DNA of 64,000 bases from Octopus sinensis (taxonomy: Eukaryota). The position numbers and the translations under genes are program-made. The stretch spans positions 1 through 64,000 of the forward strand of contig NW_021835459.1 of NCBI RefSeq assembly GCF_006345805.1, read 5' to 3'. Below the pieces are notes generated by a model, which saw only the letters and a list, made by a program, of their open reading frames with translations, was not told the DNA's origin and did no database searches. Each line of letters opens with the position of its first letter. Position 1 is the stretch's first letter. Positions 24,778 to 37,545 of this stretch are shown here, piece after piece.

Positions 24778-25632
24778 GGTGCGATGGGTAAATTGTCACC
24801 ATTTTATACTTTTAGTTTCGCATATGTACATTGTTTGTTTTTGATTTTGTTGACTACACAGTTTAGTAGGGTCAGTAAGAAAAACAACACCATGACATAA
24901 TTCACACTGCCAAAAATTTGGAAACAACATGCTGTACTGCTTGGCATTCAAACTAGAAGCTCCAATACGAACATTTCAGAGTGTTCGGGTGTCAATCTGA
25001 GGACATGTACCAAGAGCGATAAAAATCAAGCATCCACTCAACATCATGGTGTTCAGAGTGATCACTAATAATGGCGATGTTATGCCGCCATTCATCTTCC
25101 CACACGGCTTCAGACTCAACATGGAGGCCTACATCAAGTGCCTGGAGGAGGTAGTGCTGTCCTGGGTCAAGAGGATGGCTGTTGGAAGACTCTGTGTCAA
25201 GCATCAGGACTCTGCACCATGCCACACAAGCAGGAGACCCAGTCATGGCTGTCAGACAATTTTTGTGACCACATCACCCCTAACATCTGGCCACCTAACT
25301 CCCCAGACTGCAACTCTCTTGATTATTACGTGTGGGGCACAGTTGAGTGAGAGACCAACAAAACTCCTTGTAACACCAAAGATGAACTTAAGTTAAGGAT
25401 TATGGCAGCATTCACCAACATAAACAAGGAGAACATCCAGAAGAGTTGCAGGAGATTCTGAAGTCATCTGGAGGCCGTGGTTGAATCCAATGGCGATTTT
25501 ATTGAATAAATTTACTCTTTGGTATTTGAAAATATTTTTGTGTAACTTAGGTAAATATATCTGCTAAAATGAGATGTCAGTATTATTTTAATTTTTGTGT
25601 AATTTAGACGACAGTTTATTCACTGCACCCTG
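24775..25632 (+). mobile_element. Internally deleted Tc1/mariner DD37D (maT) transposon, copy 1
   Basis: Imperfect TIRs (g)agggtgcgatgggtaaattgtc / gacagtttattcactgcaccctg-TA. Remnant QDSAPCHT...WPPNSPDCNSLDYYVWG. Confidence 0.9.
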
Positions 25633-26184
25633 TATATATATGTACATACATGCACTCAGTGGGCTTCCAAGCAGTTTCCATCTACCAAATTCACCCCCAG
25701 GGTCTAGAGTAGGAAACACTGGCTGAATGTGCTGTGCAGGGGGGCTGAACTCAAAACCATATGGTTGCAAACTTAGCTTCTTAACCATACAACCATTAAT
25801 CTGATAATCAACTAAGCCAACTTTAATTCCCAATATCTTATTAAAATTAATTTTGTCTTTTTCTTGAGTGGTAGAGTAGCACTTTCTTATCTCAGCTCAA
25901 GGCCACATATTTATAAAAGGAGGGAAGAGAATTGTGTGATTTGCAAGCATTTCTTGAAGGCATTAAATTTCTTAGCAACATAAATAAAGTTAAGTTAATT
26001 AACTCTCACTGGGATTTAAAAGCTCAACTGAACTGCTGTGGGAGTCTCTACTTGGTCATTGATCTGCTAGAAATGGAAGAAAAAATTCCCCTCAAGATCA
26101 TTAGCATTTTAAAAAAAATTGGTCATATTGGATAATGTAGAACTTGGATACACTATCTGAAAAACAAGATGCTATAGTGGCTAA

Positions 26185-26326
26185 TAGACTGCATGGTTTA
26201 GAATTTTGCTTCTCAAACACATGGTTTGGGTTCAGTCCCACTGCATAACACCTTGGGTAAGTCTTCTACTATAGCTTCCACAAGCCAACCAAATCTGTGT
26301 GAGTGGATCTAGTCAACAGAACTCAT

Positions 26327-26360
<34 letters not shown>

Positions 26361-26605
26361 TGTGTGTGTGCACGTGTGTGTATGTGTGTGTATTTGTGTC
26401 TCCACATCTTGACATTATGTGATAGTTGTAAACAAGTGTCCCTGTCATACAAGTGTCATTCATTTCCAATCTCTCATGAAAATTATTCCCATCAAAGGGA
26501 ACTTTTACCTTGCCAGAAAAACAAGCGAGGGTTGGCAACAGGAAAGACATCCATCTGGTCGTAGAAAATATGGAAGTATGGAAAAATGGATACTAAAACG
26601 ATGGT
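26185..26605 (+). mobile_element. SINE family F (family A head, different body, RTE-type tail)
   Basis: The head matches family A (gggttcagtcccactgc..accttggg..tcttctactatagc). The 3' half matches 3570-3777 and 21000-21243. Confidence 0.6.
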
Positions 26606-27870
26606 GTGTGTTTAAGTCATGACTAGACTACTTTGATCATAGTTCTACCTGATAAGGCCCAGCCTGGGGCTAATCAACAACACACAAACTACAATGACAA
26701 TTAGGTCAGAAGATTCTTATCTGTGCTCAAAGCTTATCTTTGTACCTTCTGGCATTCTGCTGCTGGCTGCAATCCACTACTTTATTTTATTAACTAATCC
26801 TATTACATTTTCATACATTGAAATTAAACATATCTTTTTATACATTTGTCAACATAGCGTGAGCCTTTCTTATTAAATAAACTACAACACAGGCAACTCT
26901 GAAACGTGTCTGCTTAAACCCCACCTCTTGAAGCACAGTTGTTTATCTGCAACCTCATCGTTTGCTGTCACTAGGAATATGATATACAGGATTTCTTCTT
27001 AACTGAGTAAACAACTTAATAAATGAAATAAAATAAAATAAAATAAAATAAAATAAAATAAAATGGAAGTACAGTTGTACAGCTGTACAGTGTTTATCTT
27101 AATTCTATTAATATATATTTGATATAGTGTAATTCCCTCCTCTTTTTCTTCTGTTTTTGTATCTTCTGCCCTTTCCTCCATCCTCTCTGTCTCTCCTCTC
27201 TCTATTTTTCTCCTCTCTTCTCTCTCTCTCTAGTTATCTATCTCTCCACACTATCTAGCTATCTTCCTTAGCCTTAGCAACACCTGTGCAATTAGTTTTG
27301 ACTCCCAATAACTTTTATCTCCTGAAGTATATATTCATTACCTTTTTCTCTCTCTAGTAAAGTCTGACAATAGTGCCAACACACACCAAGCATTATATGA
27401 ATGATATCAACACACACACACACTGGATTTGGTTCATCGAGTGTGTGACCTACCCTACAAAAAGAAAACAAAAAAAACCGAACAAAAAGAAATCTTGTTT
27501 GCTTTTTCTTTTCTTTTTTTTTTCCTATTTATTACAAAAATATCTCCTGACTTCACTTTTGTGTTCATTGACCAAGAAAAAGAGAACAAAAGCACCTTCC
27601 ACTCTCACCATCACACAATAACCACAACCCACCACCACCACCACCACCACCACAACAACAACAACAAGAACAAGAACAACAACAACAAATAAACATTCAG
27701 CATAATTCAGTGTTTTTTTCTTTTTAAATAATTATGATACATATAGTTGGGTAAAAATGCACAACTAAAAAAGAAGTGGTTCCTTTGTAAATAAATAACT
27801 GTAAAGCCATTAATTTTAGTGAATGCAAATCAGAATAACAACACAGTGGTTTGTCCTAGTTATTTATTAC

Positions 27871-28243
27871 TTTACCAAGGACTCAGTTTGTATTTTCAAT
27901 GATATTTATTTATTGCTTAATCAGGCAGGTCAGACCATGCTGGAGCCCAGGTTTCTTACTACAAAGTGAAAATCTCTTTTACCAAGGTCTCAATGTTGTG
28001 GTTTCAATGATTTTAATTTATTGGTAACTCAGAAGGGATGGACCATATTGGAGCTTGGTTTCTAATTACAAAGCAAAGTGCTCAGTTCTGTGGTTTCAGT
28101 GCTTTTTTTATTTGTTGCATACACAGGAGGGACAGACCATACTGGAGCCCTGCATTCACACTACAAAGTGAAGGAACCTTATACTTAGGATTCAGTTTTG
28201 TGGTTCCAGTATTTTTTATTTATTGGTTATCCAGGAGGGATGG
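27871..28243. repeat. Diverged ~100-107-bp tandem repeat, ~3.5 units
   Basis: Recurring ctcagt..tgtggtttca.tg.tttt.attt.ttg....cagga.gg.cagaccat.ctggagc...actacaaag. Confidence 0.8.
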
Positions 28244-28742
28244 GTTGTGCTCTCAACTCTTTATAGGACCTCTAAGACTGGTGGAAGGAAGAAAAGAAGG
28301 TATCCTTAAACTGGCAAGCAGGCTTGAGTGCTTGCAACAGTGTGAATTCCAGTAAAAACACCCAGATGTCAGGTGACGGTGTTAAAATGGATGACAGATT
28401 TAGTCTACCACCCAAGTAAACCATGGTGGGTTTTGAACTCAGAATGCAAAGAACTGAAACAAGATGCAGAAAAACATCTTGTTTGAGGTTTTAATGAGTT
28501 TGACAGTCAACCACGCTTGAGTGATACGTTATGTATTGGCCCAGAAGGCTGAAAGGTGAAGGCAACTTTGGTGGAATTTGAACTCAGAAGATGAGGATCC
28601 ATAATAAATACCATAAGGTACTTTGTTCGATGATTTAACACCTATGCTATTTCCCTGCTTGAGGTCAAACTCCAAATATGAATGAGCGATAATCTTGATG
28701 AAGATTAAGGATATTTGTGTTTAAAGATATTTCTCTATTTCT

Positions 28743-28975
28743 TATTTCTTTATTGCCCACAAGGGGCTAAACATAGAGGGGACAAACAAGGACAGACAAA
28801 GGGATTAAGTTGATTATATTGACCCCAGTACGTAACTAGTGCTTAATTTATCAACCCCAAAAAGATGAAAGGCAAAGTCAACCTTGGTGGAATTTGAACC
28901 CAGAACGTAACAGCAGACAAAATACCGCTATGCATTTCGCCCGGTGTGCTAACCGTTCTGCCAGCTTGCCACCTT
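28743..28975 (-). mobile_element. SINE family B long form with perfect 14-bp TSD
   Basis: Reverse complement of 17614-17847. TSD atttctctatttct at 28729-28742 and 28976-28989. Confidence 0.92.
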
Positions 28976-29223
28976 ATTTCTCTATTTCTATGTGTTTCTT
29001 TACAATTTTTGTTTCCTCCACAAACCTATAGTATAATGACATTTAAAGATAAAGCATTATTTTGTATAATGAATTGAGGGAATATGTTGAATGTTGGACA
29101 AAATACTTTACAGTATTGAATTGTATTCCTTTACATACTGAATTCAAATACTACCAAAGCCAACTTTGCCTTTCATCCTTCTAGGAGTTTAATAAAATAA
29201 ATTGTCCCTCAAAGTTGGTTTGG

Positions 29224-29772
29224 TGACAGCTGAGTAATAGACAACCAGATGACAGGATAGTTTGAAGATAGGACAACTAAGTGGCAGTATAACTAGGTGA
29301 TAGACAATTGGGTGATATGACTTCTGGGTGACAGGATAACTGAATGACAGACAAGTGGGTGATAGCCAAGTAAGTGACAGGGCAACTGGTTGATAATATA
29401 ACTAAGTGACAGGATAACTGGGTGATATGACAACTAGATGACATGACAGTTGGTTGACATGACAATTGGGTGACATGACAATTGGATAATAGACAGCTGA
29501 CAAGACAACTAAGTAACTGGTCAACTGGGTTATAGGACAATTGGGTGACATGAGAATTGGGTGCTAAGACAACTGGGTGATAGGACAACTGGGTGATTGG
29601 ACAACTGGGTGACAGGACAACTGGGTGATAAAATAAGTGGGTGATGTGACAGTTGGGTAACTAGACAACTGGATGACAGGATAATTGGGTGACATGACAA
29701 TTTGGTGACAAGGCAACTGGTTAACAGGATAAGTGGGTGACAGATAACTTGGCGAAAAATAACTGGTGACAT
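29224..29772. repeat. 16-bp minisatellite, consensus aactgggtgacaggac, ~34 diverged units
   Basis: Periodicity is directly visible, e.g. 29571-29630. Confidence 0.9.
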
Positions 29773-30285
29773 TAAAAATGAGTAACAATTAGTTTGGTCA
29801 ATTAATATCTGAATTAATTGTGCTACTAGGGTATAATAACCAAGAGGTATAATTGTTGATGTTTAACTCCTAATCAGCTCTAATGAAGGTCATTCCAGCT
29901 GTAACCACCCTTTGTTTTTCGGTCTGAAGTATATTTTTAAAAAAAGATGGTCATGTCTGGAATGTTTTTTTTTTAATCAACAACAACAGCAATAGCAGCA
30001 ACAACAATGACAATAACAGTAACAACAGCAGCAACAATAGTGACAACAATAACATCATCATCATCATCATCATCATCATCGTTGTCGTCATCATCATCAA
30101 CAACAATAATAACAATAGCAACATTGCTTATACCTCTTGCCAATTAAATCTCTGTGGCCCCAAACACTTTGGTTTTCCATTGACCAAGCTAATCGGCACC
30201 TGGTTATGCTGTTGCCTAATCATCTTTCATCTATTTGTATGAATGATTGTAATCATAATTGAAATCAAATATTTCTCACAGGTGA

Positions 30286-30355
<70 letters not shown>

Positions 30356-31048
30356 ATATGTATATGTATACGACCTTGTATGAACATTAGAAATATCCTT
30401 TGTTACCCATAAAATTCAATTCACTGTTACATTATTATACAGACCAATAATACAATTGATCTCATATTACGTAGTTTTACCACTGGTTACTATCAGGTGA
30501 ATTCTATAAATCTTTGAAGCTCTTTTGTTTTGTGAATACATGATCTAAAATATGAATAAAGTATCAGGTAACAATATAAACATTTTTTTTATGGCTTAGT
30601 TTGAATAAGTGCTATGGCTATGGCCATGAACTTTCTCCAGGTTTCTAAGACTTGTGGGGGTAAAGTCTTAGGTCTAAGCAACTATTGCACAGCATGATGT
30701 GAAGGTACATGACTTAGCAATTAGTTCAGTTTGTGATTGTATGATCAAAGGTTTAATTCATGGGTGAGATAGTGCACTGTATTCTTAAGTAAGATACTTT
30801 ATTTCCAGTTGTTCCAGTCTACTCAGCTATAAATGAGTAGCTCCTCTACCCTGGATATTAGTGCAGCACACTCTCCTTCCATGTCACATCCTGGATATTC
30901 TCCAGTATCAAGGGTAAGGGGACTGAGGATTTTAGGTCCTATGTAATTCATGACTACATAGGGCCTAAAACAAATAGCAAAAACATTGTACATGTTTCGT
31001 TTTTTGATTTGGTTTGCAAGATTTTTTATATGAGTTCGTGTGTATATT

Positions 31049-31214
31049 CTGTTGTGCTTGGGGAGAGTCATTTTCTTTTTCTGCCTTATAATTTAGCACA
31101 CTCACTGGTAAAATTTTGCAATGAAAATTTTAGGAAAATAAAAATAAGAAATAAGTGGTGAGTGTGTTAAATTATAAGGCGCAAAAATAAAATGACTCTC
31201 CTCAGACACAACAG
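31049..31214. repeat. Inverted repeat with ~56-bp arms (MITE-like)
   Basis: ctgttgtg..ggagagtcatttt...gccttataattta.cacactcac / gtgagtgtgttaaattataaggc...aaaatgactctcc...cacaacag. Confidence 0.85.
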
Positions 31215-31229
31215 ATTGTACAAAGTGAA

Positions 31230-31427
31230 ACTTGGCTTCAAATTTTGGGAGTGGGGTTAAGTTAATTACAATAACCCCAATGTTCAACTGGTACTTATTT
31301 TATCAATTCTGAAAGGATGAAAGACAAAGTCAACCTTGGCAGAATTTGAACTCAGAACGTAAAGGTAGATGAAATGCCGCTAAGCATTTTGCCTGGCATA
31401 CTAATGAGTCTGCCAGCTCACTGCCTT
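31230..31427 (-). mobile_element. SINE family B, short form
   Basis: ctggtacttattttatc...ggatgaaag.caaagtcaacct.ggc.gaatttgaactcagaacg...tctgccagctcactgcctt. Confidence 0.8.
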
Positions 31428-32319
31428 GTGAAAATTACTCATGAGTGATGGTTTGTTATCCTGTAGAGTGATACAGTTCAATTTATTTGCTGTAGGCAGA
31501 GGCAGTACTACAATTCATTAACTTAATAGTTCTGAGTTCAATTCCCTTTGGAGAAAAACTATCAGTAATAAACTCACACAAATCCAGAGTACAATTTATT
31601 TCTCTTCTTCTTAAAGATAACAGAAACTGGAGCTGACTTCCACCCTTCATACAGTACAAAAAGTATTTATTAGTTTATATTTAGCTTCAAATTGGACTAG
31701 CTGTTTGACCTATTCACCTGTTTATTCATATTCCTAATGTTTCAATCCTTCCATGATTCTCTGATGTCCATAGTCTTTTTTCTTAATTTTAGTTTCATTA
31801 GTTTAGTATCAAATTAATGTAAAATAAAATTTTATCTGAAATTAGCATCAGTCTTCCTTGGGTATCAAAACCAGAATAATGGCTACAATTTTAACAATTT
31901 TATTAGTTAGGTGAACTGAGATACATAAAATCAAGTGCGTAATTTTAGCTACATGTGTGGCAGAATCCACTTTACTATTAATTTTTCATGCAGCAGATGT
32001 CCCTTGATATATTTTCCCAGTCGTTCATTTCTGATTTTTGCTTTGTGTTCAGTCACAAAAAAAAATCTCCAAAACCTAATAAAATTTATATACCGTTCCA
32101 GTCGTTCTAAAATTGATAGTAATAGTTTGACTATGTTTTGCTAATGAAGACAAGTAAGATCAAAATATAGCTGATGTTACCATATTGATAATGATCAGAT
32201 TTATATCCCACTATATTGTGTAATTAATAAATTTTAATTAATTTAAAATTTCTTGACTCATAACATCAAATATATTAACATCTGCTTTACTACAGAGTCC
32301 ACCATAAAGTCCAGTATTT

Positions 32320-32677
32320 GTTGTGGTGTCGTATCTTGTGTGCCTCAATGATCCTGAGAGCTTTGCCAGGGGAGCACAAGCTCTTGGAAGGGGTCTCCCA
32401 TGTTGAACAAGTCAAAGGATAGAGGCTAGACTAATATGGACCACTGCTTCGCAGAGATAAAATGGGTTTGCATAAGGCCTACATCCCTAGAAAACAGCAA
32501 CATTATAGAAAAAGTGATGACAATTCAAAACCAATAAAACCTAGGAGAGGAAGGCCTTCTGTCAGGAATGAGTGTAACTCCTATACTGAGGAAGAGGCCC
32601 TGCAAAGACAGCTCAGAGTTGAGAAGAGTGGAGAAAAGTTATCAATGAGCTGTGCTCCACAGGGAGTGAATTAAGCA
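32320..32677 (+). mobile_element. Short bipartite RTE-derived element (5' UTR joined to 3' end)
   Basis: The 5' part cttgtgtgcctcaatgatcctgagagct.tgcc...cccatg..gaacaagtcaaaggatagaggctagactaa..tggacca resembles RTE 5' termini. The 3' part ..agagtggagaaaagttatcaatgagctgtgctccacagggag resembles an RTE ORF end. Confidence 0.5.
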
Positions 32678-33581
32678 GGTAGAAAATAATGTACCTTGTC
32701 CAGAGACACAAAGAAATGCCAGCTGTGGATTTGAACTTATGAGCTGTGAGTTGGTTATCTAAAAATTATGCACTTAACTATTTCACTCCAACCTAAGTTT
32801 ATGTTCCTCTGAAAAGGAAAATGGAATGGTCCTTTGCCATGCCATGCCTGGATGGATTATAATAGCAACTTTGTGTTTCTAGTTGTTAAGATCTCATCTT
32901 TTGTGTAATGAGGGCTACTAATAAGTTTGTATACAATATAATCAGAAGAGCTTATAAGAAGCAAGGGCTCAGCTGTTTCATCAGTTTGGGATCAGGAAAG
33001 CCAATGAGAGAGCTTCATCTAAAAATATTTAAAAAATTGTAATACCTCCTTGAATTATTAGTGGACCCAATCCTCCTGGGGTCATGAAAGCAGATTTGTT
33101 CCAATTTGCAAAAAATTTCCCTCACAAATCCGGACAATTAGTAGCCCTGTAGTGTATGATAGGTAAAGCTCTGAACATTTTCATCACCATATGTTTTTAG
33201 CAGCAGTGTAGCTAAGGTGAGAAAAAAGAGAGAGAGAGTGAGAGAGAGAGGCAGACAGACAGACAGAGTAAGAGAATTGTTGGAGTACCAAATTAACTGA
33301 AAATTAAGGAGTAATTTATAATGGCTTATGGTTAAGCAAATGTAAATGTGTCTTAAACCCCAAAGGACTTTTAGTAGGCACTGTTTAGCTCTGATTTTAT
33401 GGAGTTAAGTGAATAAAAGATAAATCTTAATCTACTCTTAGTAACATCTCCAGATGTTACTAAGTCTATTGACTGAGTGAAATGAGTCATAGAGAATTAA
33501 GTGCATATACAAATGAATTTGTACTAAAATATATTTGCTGGCACAACAGTAACTTGTTACTTAGTCATTTGGTGTTTTGGT

Positions 33582-33799
33582 TTAATCTTTTAGCATTTCA
33601 ACCAGTTATATCTAGCTACCTGTTTTATGTTCAAACTGGCCAAATCTGGCCTCTCACACCAATCCTACAATGTCATTCTAGAAATTAACAGTGACCTCAT
33701 CAAAATCTAAAAGCTATGAGATAATGCATAATTAATTCAAAACAATGTGAATAAATAAGCATTACTTTTGGTAGAATAATGTGAATGCTAAAGGGTTAA
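33582..33799. mobile_element. TTAA-flanked MITE, family E
   Basis: TTAA-tcttttagcatt ... aatgctaaaggg-TTAA. Reverse complement of 9081-9306. Confidence 0.8.
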
Positions 33800-36174
33800 A
33801 GTACTGGTGTTAAACTGCTTGTGTTAGATAGTTTGGTGACCATGAAGTTGAAGAGTTCAGTAAATTGATTTGCCATGAGCAGTGAAAAAAAGATAATATT
33901 TTGAACACTTGAGCATCTTTAGAGAAAGAAAATATTGAGGTGTTATAGGATACAAGATCACAAAATTATGGAGGGTATAATAAATGAAAGGAGTGGTGTG
34001 TGTGTGTGTATGTTGAAAGACAATAATAAGCCAGTGGGAAATATGAGTAGTGTGATACGTAGTGTGAGTACTGTATGAGTTGCATAGGGTGGAGGGAATA
34101 AAGCATGTGAGTTGGTAAGAGTTTGTTGTAAGATCCAGGTCAGTTGAAGTGAGAGGGAGATGTTGAAGGCCAGATCAGGTGAAATAGAAGATAAGTGAGA
34201 ATGCAGAACAAAGAAATTGGAGATGTAGGCAGGCAGGCGGAGGGGAAGGAGAATGGGCTGTCGAGAGTTCTGAGATCAGTAGGAATTGATTAAAGTTAAA
34301 GAATTAAGAAGATGTAGTAAATGTGAGTTTTGAAATGCTTTTTCTAAGCTGGCTGTGAATAGTCTTGGGAAATAGAATCTCTCTGTTATATGTTATTTTT
34401 GAGATGAAATTTCCTTGATTCCTTATATAATCTGATGAAAGATATAGTATAGTGGCAGATATGTCATAAAACATTGATCAATGATCCTGAACTTTGGTTT
34501 GTTAAGGCTTGATATAATATAGGAAGACCATAAACCAACAGAATGAATCTGAAAACAATAAAAACTTAATAACATTATCAAGTCCATGAAATCATTGAAG
34601 TGGGATAGGACTGGGCATGTCCAAAGGATGGATGGCTACAGGTAGAAAAAAGAAAAGAAGTTAAAGATTTTGCCTCCAATGCTGGACTTGGAAGTGGAAA
34701 TCCTAGAGATAAAGAGATTTGCCATCACTTTCCTCTACATCTAAGCTCACCTAGTTCTTGACATCTGAGGCTATTGAGAGAAAAGCAACATATAATAAAT
34801 GAAAAATTCAAAATTCATAAACTAAGATTCTAAGTAGAGTTTGTAGTCAGCTACATTTCATTTTAAGTCTTTTCTTTTGTCTGTCATTGGAGTATTTCTG
34901 TGTCTCAGTGTGTATTGCTATGGCATCAATTCATGTAATGCCATTTCCATTGATGCATAAGGTTAGCTCTGTGAGGGGGAACCCCCCCCCTGTTAATTAA
35001 TAAAGAGCTTTACCTGCCCAAAATGTTATTATTCTCTTCTTCCAAGGAATGCAAACTTATCTAAATCCATAAACTTTACTAGATAGTTCTTCTGTCATGC
35101 AGAACATCCTTAATTTCCCTGGATTCTGTTTTCTCTAGTAGCCAGGTAATGTCACGAAAAGATAACCTGTCATATTGATGATAGCTGCTGACATTGGTAA
35201 ATAACTATAATACTACTTATGTAATCTCTATATATAAATGGGTAGTGTTCTGTGTGTGTATATGTGTGTATGTGTGTATGTGTGTGTGTGTGTAGTTTGT
35301 CTACAGAATCTTCTAAATGAAATCATATACATTATTTTTCATCAACTAACAAGGGAATTTGTATGAGATTATTTTGAGAAATAGCAGCTAAATTTCTCTC
35401 AAGTCACACCCTACCAACTATCAAAAAAAAAAAAAAAGCAAATGGAGAAAGACAGAAAATCAAAATGGTGTAGTATCATTAAAAACTGAGAGACATCAGT
35501 GAAAAATAAAAGAAATTTGAAAATAGATTCGTGTGACATCAAATTATCTTATTTCTTCTTCTTTTAGAAGATCTCTTTACTTCTTTTTCTTTCCTTTTAC
35601 CTTTTTTTTTGAGTAGTGGAATAGAGGGAGAGAGGGAGGGAGAGACAGAGAAATTGAAACACAGTCATGAGGAGAAAGACATAAATAGAGAGAAAGGAAA
35701 GTACTGGTGATGATGCTAGCAAATTATTGGCAATAACAGTTTGTTGCAGAATTCTTCTTGAGTGAACCCTCAAACTGGTTCTACTAGCTTGAATAATGCT
35801 GGATATATTAAAAAATGCAATATAGTTTCTGACTGAAGAAGAAAAAAATGTGATAGCCTTACTTGAATCCTTTTAGCCATAGGTTTCCTCCATCAGGGCT
35901 TGTTTGGGTCAATACAATAAGAACCAGTTGAATACTGGGGTCAATATAACTGGATTACTCCTCTCCTAAAATTGCTGGCCCTGTGCCAAAATTTGAAGCC
36001 AATATTACTAATTTCTTGTTCTTGAACATTCTAAATTAAAATTTTGCACCAAAATTTCATGATAAGCTATGTTCCAAATGCCAGCTTAATAATGACAGTT
36101 ATTTCACAAAATTCTTCATTATTTTCACAATTGAATGAAACAAAGTCTGTATATTTCAACATAAATATATTGAA

Positions 36175-36572
36175 TGAGCAAAACGCACCCCCATCCAATC
36201 GACGGTGCTGAGTTGTCAAACATTTAAACCAAATTTTCTCAAAACAACTTGTCTGACCGTCCCATTTTGTAGCATTATTTCAAGCCAGCCAGCTTCTTTT
36301 GCTCAAACTGTTTGTGCATTTTTCTTGCATATGCATAGTATCAATTACAACAGCTGATGTACTTGTGTGTGCGCAAATGCACGTTCCCACGGTTTTATTA
36401 ATTGCCTTCTCACCTGGAATCGATTTTTGTAATTTTTTCAAGACTAATACACGCCCAGATACCGTCGGTATCTACATATCAAATTTGAGCGCAATCGGAT
36501 GGAGGATGCCCGAGATCCTAGAAGACACACACACACACAGACAGACAGACAGAACGGATTTTATATAATAGA
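36175..36572 (-). mobile_element. Helitron-like 5' fragment
   Basis: Minus strand begins a|TCtattatataaaatccgt(tctg)n(tg)n...ccgattgcgctcaaatttg. Locally CpG-rich, suggesting a younger insertion. Confidence 0.5.
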
Positions 36573-36623
36573 TTATCAACAAACAACTTGAACTGGAAAC
36601 TTTATTTCCACTTAATGAGTTCC

Positions 36624-37056
36624 CTAACCTTTTAGCATTCACATTACTCTGTCATACAATGCTGATTTATTCACATTGTTCTGAACGAATTGTAGCTTCA
36701 AGATTTCAATAATATGATTGTTTACTTTCAGAATGACCATAGCAGAGTTTTCATGAGAGGCCAAATCTGGTTGATTTAAACATAAAACAAGTAGAATATT
36801 AAGGCCAGATAAAGCTGGTTTAACTGGTACTGTCTTGACCTTTTAGTGTTCAGGTTATTCTATCAAACGTGATGTTTATTGATTCACATTGTGTTGAATT
36901 AATTATGCATTATCGCATATCTTTGTGATTTCAATGCTGTGATTGTTTAATGTTGAATAACATTGTAGAGTAAGTGTGAGAGTATGGATCTGATTATTTT
37001 GAACATGAAACAGATGGAATATTTTGGTTGGATATGACTGGTTTACACAGCCATTA
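36624..37056. mobile_element. Two tandem degraded family E MITE copies
   Basis: ctaaccttttagcattc at ~36624 and ttgaccttttagtgttc at ~36835, each followed by the family E body. Confidence 0.7.
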
Positions 37057-37109
37057 AAAATAAAAACAGTATCACATTAATTGTAGCCCCCTTTTGATAT
37101 TGCTTGAAA

Positions 37110-37545
37110 CCTTGGGTAATGACTGAAAGAATATGGTTGTAAATATGTTTAGCCACAATGATGTTCCTCCAAAGTGTCCTTGGAGTAACATTACTTAATA
37201 GAGTGTGTAGCTTGGAGACCAGAAAGGGACTCCAGGTAGAGCTGCTACTTCTCTGAATTGAGAGGTCACAGCTCTGATACTATGGACATATGGTAAGAAT
37301 GTCCCAGGAAAGAATCATTGGACAGGTTTTATGGGCAACACCAACAAGCAAGAGACCTGGGATAAGACCATGAGTACGATGGTTGGATAACATCCATCAG
37401 CTCATTTGGTCTCATTTGGGGAGCCAACCAGGTCAATTAGAAATGGTTGCTTCTGGCAGGACTCAATGGAAGGCTTACTTGAGTACTCTGCCCTCATGAC
37501 TTTCTCAGGAATAAGTGGACAAAGAAGATGAGATGAGATGAGATA
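37110..37545 (+). pseudogene. Rex3/Expander-like RTE LINE 3' end with (GATGA)n tail
   Basis: Single frame: MFLQSVLGVTLLNRVCSLETRKGLQVELLLL*IERSQL*YYGHMVRMSQERIIGQVLWATPTSKRPGIRP*VRWLDNIHQLIWSHLG...QWKAYLSTLPS*. Confidence 0.85.

Noticed and set aside
29224-29772. CRISPR-like periodicity
   Set aside because: Contiguous 16-bp units with no unique spacers, no cas genes and a eukaryotic context.
35014-35166. Minus-strand exon candidate ending CAG|gtaaag
   Set aside because: Weak acceptor and stops in the frames examined.
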